Positions 49,537-58,602 of a stretch of DNA of 64,000 bases are shown here, one piece after another; position 1 is the first letter of the stretch, and every line of letters begins with the position of its first letter. The position numbers and the translations under genes are program-made. The DNA is from Candidatus Enterousia sp. (GTDB lineage: Bacteria > Pseudomonadota > Alphaproteobacteria > Rs-D84): NCBI GenBank assembly GCA_045635825.1, contig JAZTWM010000006.1, forward strand, positions 12,265 through 76,264, given 5' to 3'. The notes below the pieces were generated by a model that made no database searches, was not told where the DNA came from, and saw only the letters and a program-made list of their open reading frames with translations.

Positions 49537-50031
49537 ATGGGAAATAACTTTTCGTTATTAAGTTTGTTTACTGGTGATATTATGACGATTTTTGTGTCAA
49601 TCGTCTTGGTTGTGTTCAGTATTATGTCCTGGACCGTTATTGTTGAGAAAATTCGTTTGTGGAAAATGTTCAAACGCAATCCGGTTAAGATTAAGCCAAC
49701 AGATAATTTGGATGTCGTTGTGGATAAATTGATACGTCCATTTGATAAGAATCTGTGGTTCTTGTCCATGGTGGCATATATTTCACCATTTATTGGTTTG
49801 TTTGGTACGGTTTGGGGGGTTATGGATTCTTTTGCATCAATTGGTGTTAATCAGTCTGTCAGTATTGGTGTTATTGCACCGGGGTTGGCAGTTGCGTTGG
49901 GGACGACTGCGCTGGGGTTGATTGCAGCGGTACCTGCAGCGATTGCACACCAATATTTTGCCAAACGTTCAGATGAATTATATGATCGTTTGGATGAAGT
50001 ACGTCGTGAATTAAAATGCAAAAATAACTAA
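49537..50031 (+). CDS. tolQ: TolQ-like (MotA/TolQ/ExbB) proton channel, short form
   Basis: Conserved C-terminal TM pair with GLFGTVWG...APGLAVALGTTALGLIAA..IA; gene order ybgC-tolQ-tolR-tolA. Confidence 0.7.
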   Translation: MGNNFSLLSLFTGDIMTIFVSIVLVVFSIMSWTVIVEKIRLWKMFKRNPVKIKPTDNLDVVVDKLIRPFDKNLWFLSMVAYISPFIGLFGTVWGVMDSFASIGVNQSVSIGVIAPGLAVALGTTALGLIAAVPAAIAHQYFAKRSDELYDRLDEVRRELKCKNN

Positions 50032-50053
50032 AACAGATAAAAGGTTTGTGGCT

Positions 50054-50452
50054 ATGGCACGTATGCGACGCAGACAGACAGATGCAGGCATTCAATTAAC
50101 GCCGATGATAGACGTTATGACGGTGTTGTTGGCGGTTTTTATGGTAACAACACCGATGATGACAACGGGTATTGATTTAGAATTGCCACGTGCGGGTGCG
50201 TCTGCAATGACCGGCAGTGATCATGCAATTCAAATTAGTGTGGATTCGCAGGGACGTTATTTTTTAAGTGAAACACAATTGTCACGTGATGAAATTGTAA
50301 AGCGTGCAATTGCGATGCGTGGTGAAAATCCAAACCTGACCATCATGATTAGCGGTGATACGCATGCGGATTATGGTGCGGTAATGTCTATGATGGGGAA
50401 ATTAAAGGATTCTGGGTTTCAAAAGGTTGGATTGCGTACACAACCAGAGTAA
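50054..50452 (+). CDS. tolR: TolR (ExbD/TolR family)
   Basis: INLTPMIDVMTVLLAVFMV single TM with conserved Asp, periplasmic domain. Confidence 0.75.
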   Translation: MARMRRRQTDAGIQLTPMIDVMTVLLAVFMVTTPMMTTGIDLELPRAGASAMTGSDHAIQISVDSQGRYFLSETQLSRDEIVKRAIAMRGENPNLTIMISGDTHADYGAVMSMMGKLKDSGFQKVGLRTQPE

Positions 50453-50458
50453 TTATAA

Positions 50459-51268
50459 ATGGCAAAAATTGATCAATTTTCAGCAGAAAACTTGTTGATG
50501 TCTGTTTTGGGGCATTTGGCATTGGTGGCCGTTATGGTGACTGCATTTGCGGTTGTTGTTAATCGCGCCAAATTGGTGACACCAGACAGAATACAGATTA
50601 TGGAAATTGACCTGAATGATGTTGTTGTTTCTGGTGAAGAGACCAAGTTATATAATGTTGGCCAGGTTGCAGAATCTAAGCCCGAAGAAGAAACGCCGGC
50701 CCCTGTGGCACAGCCCGATAAAAAGGAAGAAAAAGCCGAAGAAAAGCCAGAAGAGATAAAGGTTGAAACACCAACATTGGTTGAAGAGGTAAAGCCAGAG
50801 CCGGAACCAGAACCCGAAGAAGAACCTGAAAAAAAGCCAGAGCCGGAAAAGAAGGCGGAACCTGAAAAGGAATCAAAGCCGGTTGAACCAGCACCTGCCC
50901 CTAAGAAAAGGAAGGTCGTGCGTGTAAATCGCGAGGTTTTGTCATTGGAACGCACTTTGACGGTGTCTGTTGTTGATGCGTTGCGTGTCGCAATGACACG
51001 TTGTTGGGTGATTGATAATAAACGTCCAGATATTACGGATATTCGTGCTGTGGCACATTTAGCCATGCGTAAGAATGGTACTGTACGTGATGTATGGTTT
51101 GAATCGGCGGCACGTGCAGAAACGGATCCTGCATTTTCTTATGTCTTGGATACAATTCGCAGTGCCATTGACAGATGTCAGCCGTTTCGTATGTTGCCAC
51201 AGAATGAGTTTTCTAAGTGGGAAAAGATTCAGTTAACCTTTTACCCAACCCAGGGCAAGGTTATGTAG
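50459..51268 (+). CDS. tolA: TolA-like protein (N-terminal TM, E/K/P-rich PEPE linker, C-terminal TolA-III-like domain)
   Basis: Position after tolR, domain layout; tolB/pal do not follow. Confidence 0.6.
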   Translation: MAKIDQFSAENLLMSVLGHLALVAVMVTAFAVVVNRAKLVTPDRIQIMEIDLNDVVVSGEETKLYNVGQVAESKPEEETPAPVAQPDKKEEKAEEKPEEIKVETPTLVEEVKPEPEPEPEEEPEKKPEPEKKAEPEKESKPVEPAPAPKKRKVVRVNREVLSLERTLTVSVVDALRVAMTRCWVIDNKRPDITDIRAVAHLAMRKNGTVRDVWFESAARAETDPAFSYVLDTIRSAIDRCQPFRMLPQNEFSKWEKIQLTFYPTQGKVM

Positions 51269-51269
51269 T

Positions 51270-51719
51270 TTAAGATTTTTTACGGCGTTGTTTGAAAAAG
51301 TCACGTAATAGTGTGGCGGAAATCTCTGCAAATTCGGGCGCTTGGCGGACATTTGGTTTCCATAAATGTTTGTCTGTATCATAGATGCGGGCATTTGATG
51401 TTATGCCCCCGCCCTTTTCATCTGTTGCGGCAAAATATACATTGCGAATGCGTGCAAATGAAATTGCGGTTGCGCACATTGCACAAGGTTCTAATGTGAC
51501 GTATATGTCACAGTCATCCAGAAATTTTTGGCCCAATTTTTTGCAAGCACGATTTATTGCGACGATTTCTGCGTGTAATGTTGGGTTTTTGCGATATTGT
51601 ACCTGATTTTCGCCACGTGCGATAATTTTGCCATCGCGTACAATTACGGCACCGATTGGCACGTCATCATGTTTGTGTGCACGTTTTGCACAAAGAATGG
51701 CTTGATTCATAAAATTCAT
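51270..51719 (-). CDS. tadA: tRNA-specific adenosine deaminase TadA
   Basis: HAEI.AI.., TLEPCAMC zinc-binding CDA motifs; 149 aa. Confidence 0.85.
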   Translation of the reverse strand: MNFMNQAILCAKRAHKHDDVPIGAVIVRDGKIIARGENQVQYRKNPTLHAEIVAINRACKKLGQKFLDDCDIYVTLEPCAMCATAISFARIRNVYFAATDEKGGGITSNARIYDTDKHLWKPNVRQAPEFAEISATLLRDFFKQRRKKS

Positions 51720-51736
51720 GTTTTATACTGTATCAC

Positions 51737-52297
51737 ATGAATTCAAAGTTGCAAATTATTTCAGGACAGTTTCGTGGACGTAAGTTGCGTTTGCCGCCAG
51801 ATGCACGTCCAACACAAAATCGTGCCAGAATTGCATTGTTTAATATGATGGAATCTGGGATTGTTAATGGTGGGGCGGATTTGCGTGTGTGGGATGCGTT
51901 TGCAGGATCTGGGGCGTTTGGGTTGGAATGTTTGTCACGATATGCAAATGCTCAGGTTTTGTTTACTGACCCTGCCCCATCTTCGATTAAGACGGTGCGT
52001 GATAATTTAGCGACGTTATCTGTTGGTACGCGTGCAACAGCGGTTCAGACCGATGCGATTGGTGCGATTGCCGGGTATGGTGCAGATATGGACTTGGTCT
52101 TTTTGGATCCGCCGTATGTCGATGCGGATTTAGGTGTGGCGTTTGTTCGTCGGTATTCGACTGTTGCCAAATCTGGCGCGATTTTAATCTGGGAACAGGA
52201 AGTTGGTAACCCACAACCTGTGGATGAAGCGGTATGGGATATTTTGCGTGACAAGACATATGGTCGTGCCAGATTTTTGATTTTAAGAAAAATCTAG
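51737..52297 (+). CDS. rsmD: 16S rRNA (guanine966-N2)-methyltransferase RsmD
   Basis: IISGQFRGRKL, D.FAGSGA.G.E..SR, DPPY catalytic motif. Confidence 0.8.
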   Translation: MNSKLQIISGQFRGRKLRLPPDARPTQNRARIALFNMMESGIVNGGADLRVWDAFAGSGAFGLECLSRYANAQVLFTDPAPSSIKTVRDNLATLSVGTRATAVQTDAIGAIAGYGADMDLVFLDPPYVDADLGVAFVRRYSTVAKSGAILIWEQEVGNPQPVDEAVWDILRDKTYGRARFLILRKI

Positions 52298-52498
52298 ATT
52301 ATAAAAATTTTATTCATGTGCATTTTGCAATTGTGCAGTAAGTACATTTTTTTCTATACTTATTTTGAAGACATCAAAGGAAAGGATGTTAACGCATTGA
52401 ATGTACAATGTTTTGTTACTTGGCGTAGTGTGTTTGCACTGGGCCGGTTTTTGGCATTGTGTATTTGACGCGAGTGTTTTGGGTATAATAAAGGGAGT

Positions 52499-52771
52499 TT
52501 GATGCGCTGTGTCGCGCTGATTTTTGCCATGATGATATGTGGGGCTGCAAATGCGGAACTGGTGTCACGTGGCTATGTCGATGCGACGGTCGAGACGCGT
52601 GTTGATACGTCCAAAGATGCCAAGCAAGTGATGACGGGACCGTCTGCCAAGATTGGTGATAAATATTTGTATGAAATATGGCCAAATGCAACAAACGCAC
52701 AGGTTGGTAAGATGTATACAGATGATACAGGATTGGATGATTGGGGCGCGATTCCAGCCGTATGGAAGTAG
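52499..52771 (+). CDS. Small secreted protein, member of a local three-gene family. N-term YVDATVETRVDTS; C-term YLYEIWPNATNAQVGKMY..AVWK.
   Basis: Signal peptide; shares its N-terminal motif with 53015 and its C-terminal motif with 53252. Confidence 0.5.
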   Translation: MMRCVALIFAMMICGAANAELVSRGYVDATVETRVDTSKDAKQVMTGPSAKIGDKYLYEIWPNATNAQVGKMYTDDTGLDDWGAIPAVWK

Positions 52772-53014
52772 TTTTTGGATTATGGTGTTTCTTTTTATGG
52801 TTAGCTTGCTGTAATTTATTGTTTTTTTGTTGTTTTTTTGCGTCAAAAAGGGCTTGCCCGGTTTGCCTGTTTTTGTGTATGATATATTAAAGTATGGTGG
52901 GGTATTGAATATTCCGCAAAAGGAAGGGTTTATAAAAACATAGTTTTTTATCTTTTGTGGGGGATTTGATGTCGGTGGTTGTGAGGCGACCGCATATTAG
53001 AGGGATATTTTGGT

Positions 53015-53242
53015 TTGAGAATATTGGTGTTCGCATTTTTGATGGGGTGGTTGCCGTTTACAGCATTTGCTGTGACGGTTGCGACTGCTGATTATGTTGA
53101 TGCAAAATCTGATACCAAGGTTGACACATCCGCCAATGCAGTTCAAACACTGAAAGGGGACTATACTGTGTCTGGTTCGTTTACAGTGACAGGGGCATTC
53201 AAGGTGCCAACGCCGCCATTGCCAAATCCAGATGCAGATTAA
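53015..53242 (+). CDS. Small secreted protein, family member (N-terminal YVDAKSDTKVDTS motif only)
   Basis: Signal peptide MRILVFAFLMGWLPFTAFA; motif shared with 52499. Confidence 0.45.
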   Translation: MRILVFAFLMGWLPFTAFAVTVATADYVDAKSDTKVDTSANAVQTLKGDYTVSGSFTVTGAFKVPTPPLPNPDAD

Positions 53243-53251
53243 TACTAGGTT

Positions 53252-54520
53252 ATGAAGCGAATTTTATGTTTTTTGGTTGGTATGTTTATGTCTGTGGCAA
53301 ATGCGGCGGAAATGGCCACGATTGGATATGTTCATGAATTATTAGAGCATAATTATGGTGTCTTTGTGCCCATGAATGACACGTTGACCGATGCGGACAA
53401 GGATACGCCGGTCAATATGGAATATCTGTTAACGGTTGTTGATATCGCCAATGAGTTTATTACAGGGGTGCGTACGAACTATGCCGGGACGGTTTATGCG
53501 ACAGATGATGCGGCAGATACGGTTGCAACCATTCAGGCGTATGATACTTTGCTGAAAGAAGTTGAAGCGGTGGATTATGAATATCCGTTTGAAATGACTG
53601 TGTCGGGTGGTTCTTTGTCGTTTACAATATCTGCCCAAGGGGAGTTTTATATAGATTGGGGTGATGGAACGCAGGAAACAATAACCAAGCCAGATACGAC
53701 AAATACGACCTATTCGCATTCCTTTACTGGCTATGATTCACATTCTGTACGTTTGGGTGGGCTGGCAACCGATTACAATGATAATGTTACCACTGCGGCA
53801 ATCAGTTTTTATGGCGATTCCAGTATTTCAACCATCCAAGGTAACCTGAGCAAGATTTTCCCAACATTGGAAAATGGTGAAAACCCACGATTTTATCAAA
53901 CTTTTGCTGAAATGTCTGTGACAGGGGCGATACCGGCAAATTTATTTATAGATTTAGTTGGCGCACCAGTAGAGAATATGTTTTATAGAACTTTTTATGG
54001 CAGTAATGGTTTCCGTGGTGCAATACCGGAATCTTTGTTTGGTACAATGACAGGTGCACCAGCCAAGGCGATGTTTTATGAAACGTTTCGTGGGGTGTCA
54101 CAATTAACAGGTGGTGTTCCGGAAAAATTGTTTTCAAGTATTACAGGTGCACCCGCAGAGAACATGTTTTATGGGACATTTTATGGGCTGTCCAAAATGC
54201 GTGGAACGATTCCATCTGGTGTGTTTGCAGGGATTTCTGGCGCACCTGCCCCAGGAATGTTCAACCAGACGTTTGCCAATTGCAGTAAGTTAAGTGGTAT
54301 TGGTGAAGGGGTGTTTGGAAATCTGTCGGGGGCCGCACAAAATAATATGTTTTACAGGACATTTTATGGTGATAAAAAATTGACAGGATATACCCCAAAG
54401 ATAAATGGGCAATATTTGTATGAAGTTTGGCCAGATGCGACATCTGCCCAGGTTGGTGGTATGTTTGGCAGTTGTAATAAATTGTCTGATTATCGATCTT
54501 TCCCCAGTGTGTGGCGATAA
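53252..54520 (+). CDS. Secreted repeat protein (422 aa) with ~6 tandem ~26-aa repeats (G.IP..LF....GAPA.NMFY.TF.G...L.G), possibly LRR-like; C-terminal YLYEVWPDATSAQVGGMF..SVWR motif shared with 52499
   Basis: Signal peptide MKRILCFLVGMFMSVANA; the internal repeats are visible directly in the translation. Confidence 0.55.
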   Translation: MKRILCFLVGMFMSVANAAEMATIGYVHELLEHNYGVFVPMNDTLTDADKDTPVNMEYLLTVVDIANEFITGVRTNYAGTVYATDDAADTVATIQAYDTLLKEVEAVDYEYPFEMTVSGGSLSFTISAQGEFYIDWGDGTQETITKPDTTNTTYSHSFTGYDSHSVRLGGLATDYNDNVTTAAISFYGDSSISTIQGNLSKIFPTLENGENPRFYQTFAEMSVTGAIPANLFIDLVGAPVENMFYRTFYGSNGFRGAIPESLFGTMTGAPAKAMFYETFRGVSQLTGGVPEKLFSSITGAPAENMFYGTFYGLSKMRGTIPSGVFAGISGAPAPGMFNQTFANCSKLSGIGEGVFGNLSGAAQNNMFYRTFYGDKKLTGYTPKINGQYLYEVWPDATSAQVGGMFGSCNKLSDYRSFPSVWR

Positions 54521-54628
54521 TTGTTAAAAAATACTTGATTTTTTTCGTGTTTTAGGTAATAATGCGCGTCGCACAGCACCCTTGGAGGCTGTGTAATGTT
54601 AAACAAAATGCTATAAAAGGATATAAAA

Positions 54629-55243
54629 ATGGCAATTGAATTAAATGCAGAAATTCGCAATGTTGCTGGCAAGGGGGCCGCACGTAGCATCCGCAATAAC
54701 AAAAATGTTCCTGCGGTGATTTATGGCGAAAAGAAAGCCCCAATCGCAATCGAATTGAACGGTCGTGAATTCGAAATGTTGTTGAAAACCCCAGGTTTGC
54801 GGACAAAATTATTCCAAATCAAGACAGCAAACGGCACAGAAGACGCAATGTTGATGGATGTTCAATATCATCCTGTGTCTGATATGGCAATCCATGCGGA
54901 CTTTAAACGTATCGATGTCAAGAACCCTGTTAACGTTGTTGTTCCAGTTGAAGTTATCAATGCTGAAACTTCTAAGGGCTTGAAATTGGGTGGTACATTG
55001 AACTTTGCAGTTCGTAAAGTTGCTTTGCGTGGCTTGGTTGATGTTATCCCAGAAAAAATCATTATCGATTTGGCGAACTTGACAATCGGTGATGTGGTTC
55101 ACGGTACTGATTTGGTATTGCCAGAAGGTGTCGAATTGGGCTTGCATCAGGCTGAATTGGCATTCGCAATTATCGGTGGTAAGATGCCAATGGAAGAAGA
55201 TGAAAAAGCCAAAGCAGCAGCGATGGCAGCATCTAAGAAATAA
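54629..55243 (+). CDS. rplY: 50S ribosomal protein L25/general stress protein Ctc
   Basis: L..E.R...GKG..R..R..G.VPAVIYG N-terminal signature, ~200 aa two-domain form. Confidence 0.85.
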   Translation: MAIELNAEIRNVAGKGAARSIRNNKNVPAVIYGEKKAPIAIELNGREFEMLLKTPGLRTKLFQIKTANGTEDAMLMDVQYHPVSDMAIHADFKRIDVKNPVNVVVPVEVINAETSKGLKLGGTLNFAVRKVALRGLVDVIPEKIIIDLANLTIGDVVHGTDLVLPEGVELGLHQAELAFAIIGGKMPMEEDEKAKAAAMAASKK

Positions 55244-55245
55244 TA

Positions 55246-55275
55246 AAATCCCGCCAAACGGCGGGTTTTTCTTGA
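55246..55275 (+). terminator. Rho-independent terminator after rplY (aaatcccgccaaacggcgggttt + T-run)
   Basis: Perfect hairpin. Confidence 0.6.
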
Positions 55276-55329
55276 CAGGTTTGATTTTCATGGCTAAGGT
55301 TGTGCCCGAAAAAATCAAGGTTTTATATT

Positions 55330-55767
55330 ATGAATACAGAAAAAATAATTCGTTCAATCGTGGAAAGTTCGTATGCAGGCTGTAAGGTGGAAAGTTTGGA
55401 TATGGGGCTGACTTCGGAACTGGGGTTGGATTCATTGGATAAGATTGATATCTTGGTCAAGGTTGAACGTGCGTGTCGGGTTTCAATACCCGATGTTTTA
55501 GCGGAAAAAATTGAAACAGTTGGCGATTTGGTAAGTTGCGTTAATGGATTACGTGCAAAAGTGCCAGTTGATCGCATCTTGTCAAAAAGGCTATCTGGTG
55601 GACGTGTTGTGCGTTCTGCGTATCGTATTGATGATGGGCGTATTAAGTGTAATTTGACGGGTGGTTTTTGCCCAGAAATTAAGCCAACAATGGTGATTCG
55701 ACCAATGGAAGATATGTGTGCATTGGTAAAATGTGCCAGATATCAGCAGTACCAAAAGACGAAATAA
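55330..55767 (+). CDS. Acyl-carrier-protein-like domain (GLDSLD phosphopantetheine site) fused to a ~75-aa basic, 4-Cys C-terminal extension
   Basis: TSELGLDSLDKIDILVKVERACRVSIPD matches the ACP helix II region (DLGxDSLD); the tail is KCNLTGGFCPE..MCALVKCARY. Confidence 0.45.
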   Translation: MNTEKIIRSIVESSYAGCKVESLDMGLTSELGLDSLDKIDILVKVERACRVSIPDVLAEKIETVGDLVSCVNGLRAKVPVDRILSKRLSGGRVVRSAYRIDDGRIKCNLTGGFCPEIKPTMVIRPMEDMCALVKCARYQQYQKTK

Positions 55768-55768
55768 A

Positions 55769-55797
55769 AAATGGGCGATTTGCCCATTTTTTATGTT
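55769..55797. terminator. Bidirectional terminator (aaaatgggcgatttgcccatttt)
   Basis: Perfect hairpin between convergent genes. Confidence 0.6.
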
Positions 55798-55798
55798 T

Positions 55799-56878
55799 CT
55801 ATTTTTGTTCCCCAATATAAATGCCCATGTCAAAAGCAACATCCAGTAATGGTTCATCAGATGATACATATGCATTAGATGTCACCAGTTCTGGGATTTT
55901 TGGATCTGCCTGACATTCGCCAGATGACACAATGTCCGCCAGTGCAACGGTGCGAACCATGTCGTCTTCCAGTGCGGTCATTACGTATGTTTCGCCGTTT
56001 TCAATGGCATGTAATGCACAGTCGGCAAATCGGGTTGCCAATATACGATCGGTGGCGGTTGTGTCCCCTGCCCGTTGGGTGTGTTCTGGGAATGCGGTAC
56101 GATTTACAATGCCGGATGCGGTTAATTTGCGTGAAATCATATCTGCAGGTCGTCCGGAATGACCACGCAGGCTGATTCCTTCGGATACTATGATAATTCC
56201 ATAGTCATTGGGCGCATTTTTAATATGTTTAATCAGATTATCTACATCAAACTTAATTTCTGGAATTAAAATCGCAGATGCACCGGCGGCAATGCCGGCA
56301 TGTAATGCCAGTTGACCACAGTCACGACCCATGGCCTGAACCACGAACCAGCGGTGATGACTGCGTGCGGTTAACATTAACTGGTCACAAAATAGTGTCA
56401 GTTGTTCAACAGCAGAATCAAAACCAATTGTACGTGTTGTTAGGGGGATATCTAAATCAATTGTTTTTGGAATGCATATCAGTTGCAAGTCACGATATAT
56501 CTCACGATTTGCCCATGCCAAGGATATGCTGCCGTTGCCACCAATTAGAATCAATGCGTCCAGTGCCAAATCGTTTAATGATTTGCGTAACATACGGCGA
56601 AACTTTTCAACACGACCAGATTCAGCAGCGGTTTCAAAGTTCAGTGCATTTGCACGACCGTTGTGTAGAAAACTGCCAGCCAGACGTGCGTTCTCAATCG
56701 GTATCATCATGTCGTTTAATTCAATAACTGCAGGTGGTGTTACACACAGGCCATCTGTGCCATCTAGGATGCCAAAAACACGCCAGCCACGACGTGATGC
56801 ACCACGCATAATTCTGTGAATTGCGGTGTTCAGACCACTGCAATCACCGCCTGTTGTCATAATTCCAATCTTTTTCAT
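55799..56878 (-). CDS. pfkA: 6-phosphofructokinase (PfkA family). Start MKKIGIMTTGGDCSGLN.
   Basis: GIMTTGGDCSGLN, MGR.CG, catalytic GGDGS-like motif; ~360 aa. Confidence 0.8.
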   Translation of the reverse strand: MKKIGIMTTGGDCSGLNTAIHRIMRGASRRGWRVFGILDGTDGLCVTPPAVIELNDMMIPIENARLAGSFLHNGRANALNFETAAESGRVEKFRRMLRKSLNDLALDALILIGGNGSISLAWANREIYRDLQLICIPKTIDLDIPLTTRTIGFDSAVEQLTLFCDQLMLTARSHHRWFVVQAMGRDCGQLALHAGIAAGASAILIPEIKFDVDNLIKHIKNAPNDYGIIIVSEGISLRGHSGRPADMISRKLTASGIVNRTAFPEHTQRAGDTTATDRILATRFADCALHAIENGETYVMTALEDDMVRTVALADIVSSGECQADPKIPELVTSNAYVSSDEPLLDVAFDMGIYIGEQK

Positions 56879-56992
56879 AAAAATCCCCTGTTTTCTTGTG
56901 CTATTATACCATAAATAAGTTGACAAAGAAGTTTTATTTGTAATAATTTGTCTAAATTGAAATATAACTGCAAAATTACTAGGAGTTAAGGT

Positions 56993-58144
56993 ATGTCGAA
57001 ACAGAATAAAAACAACATGGGTACGACCAAGCGTTCCACTGATGATATGATAAATGATGCCATTGCACAGCAGAATGATTGGTTGGAAAATCGTCGTGAA
57101 TATACACGTGGTTTTTTAAAGTCTTTGAATTTGTTTGCACGCCCATCTAACAAGAAAAATGTTGAAAATGTTTCTGTGGAACAGACCAAGGTTGAACAGG
57201 CACGCCGTCGTCGTACAGGATTGGGTGCGTATTGGTTTCCGGTGTTATGTGCAGTATTGGTTATTATGATTGCGATTTGGGTTATGTTTATTCGCGGTAC
57301 AACCCAGCCACGTGTTGTTGTCGTGCCAGCGGTTCCAGAACCAGTCGTTCAACGTGTCAAGGCAATTACAGTGCCAGAGTTTGATATTGTACGTATAGAA
57401 AAAGATGGAGATATTGTTATCGCAGGTCGTTGGTTGCCACATCAAAATATTTCTATCTTGGTAAATGGCAAGGTTGTTGCGACAGAACGTACCGACTATC
57501 GTGGTGAATTTGTTTATTCGCCAACAAATCAGTGGAAGCCTGGTAACTATACAATTGCATTGTTGGGTACAGATCCAGAAGTAAAATCTTCGAACAAAGT
57601 GTTTGTGTATATTTCCGAAGAAGGTCCTAAAAAATCAATGTCTTTGCTGATGACAAAAGAAGGCAGTACATTATTGCAGGGGCCGGCATATTTGTCAGAT
57701 GGTGATTTGCATGTATCAAAAATTGATTATTTGGATACAGGTCGTGTTGTTGTGACAGGGGATGCGTTGCCACGTTTGCGTGTAACTTTGTCATTGGATG
57801 GAAAATATTTGGGATATGGTCGTGTATCTGACCACAAACATTTTGGTCTGGGGGCAGATGTTGGTGAATTGGCATCAGGCAAGGAATATGAATTGATTGT
57901 ACGTTTGCATGATGGTGATGGTCGTACAGTTGGTGCAATTAAGCATAATTTTGTGATGCCAGAAATGACAGGTGATGATGATACATATTATACTGTACGA
58001 CGTGGTGATTGTTTGTGGGTGATTGCACGTAATTTTATGCGTCGTGGTGTCTTGTTCAGCATTATCGCAGAACGTAATAACATTGAAAATCCAGATTTAA
58101 TTTATCCAAAACAGTTATTGCAGATTCCGGTTGCTGGAAAATAG
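56993..58144 (+). CDS. LysM-domain membrane protein (N-terminal cytoplasmic segment, one TM, periplasmic region, C-terminal LysM)
   Basis: C-terminal YYTVRRGDCLWVIARNF...IENPDLIYPKQLLQIP is a canonical LysM; TM YWFPVLCAVLVIMIAIWVMFI. Confidence 0.65.
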   Translation: MSKQNKNNMGTTKRSTDDMINDAIAQQNDWLENRREYTRGFLKSLNLFARPSNKKNVENVSVEQTKVEQARRRRTGLGAYWFPVLCAVLVIMIAIWVMFIRGTTQPRVVVVPAVPEPVVQRVKAITVPEFDIVRIEKDGDIVIAGRWLPHQNISILVNGKVVATERTDYRGEFVYSPTNQWKPGNYTIALLGTDPEVKSSNKVFVYISEEGPKKSMSLLMTKEGSTLLQGPAYLSDGDLHVSKIDYLDTGRVVVTGDALPRLRVTLSLDGKYLGYGRVSDHKHFGLGADVGELASGKEYELIVRLHDGDGRTVGAIKHNFVMPEMTGDDDTYYTVRRGDCLWVIARNFMRRGVLFSIIAERNNIENPDLIYPKQLLQIPVAGK

Positions 58145-58165
58145 TTTGTTCTAAAGGGGTTCAAT

Positions 58166-58600
58166 ATGCGTCCAAATGAAATCTTGATGATGTTGCGGTC
58201 GTTAGAGCAGAATCCAGAACAGTTAACCAAACGACACTTGAAAAAGATTTATGCCCTGTTGATTGCAATGGGGCATTATCCAGTATGCCCATGGTGCAAG
58301 GAATATATATACGATATAAACGACTTTACATGGGATCATATTGTGCCGAAAGCCGCGGGGGGGGCGGATTCTGTGGAAAATCTGCAACCAATGCACCGGC
58401 ATTGTAACAACGCAGCCAAGAACGATTGTGTGTATCAAATGGACTATCACTATGACATACAAACTGAATTGGAACATACGATTTTAGATGTGCGTGTGGC
58501 GGTATGCAAAAAATCTAGGACAGAACAAAACGAAAAGAAAAAGAAAGGAAAGTACAATAATAATAAACAACGGGTTAAAACCAGAAGCAGACAAAGATAA
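58166..58600 (+). CDS. Small HNH endonuclease-domain protein
   Basis: CPWC...(31)...DHIVPKAAGGADSVENLQPMHRHCNNAK: Cys pairs + DH...N...H = HNH nuclease core; K-rich tail. Confidence 0.7.
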   Translation: MRPNEILMMLRSLEQNPEQLTKRHLKKIYALLIAMGHYPVCPWCKEYIYDINDFTWDHIVPKAAGGADSVENLQPMHRHCNNAAKNDCVYQMDYHYDIQTELEHTILDVRVAVCKKSRTEQNEKKKKGKYNNNKQRVKTRSRQR

Positions 58601-58602
58601 AA

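Noticed and set aside
50473-51066. 197-aa minus-strand ORF inside tolA
   Set aside because: Antisense to the E/K/P-rich TolA linker; low-complexity S/G-rich product. TolA on the plus strand fits the gene order ybgC-tolQ-tolR-tolA.
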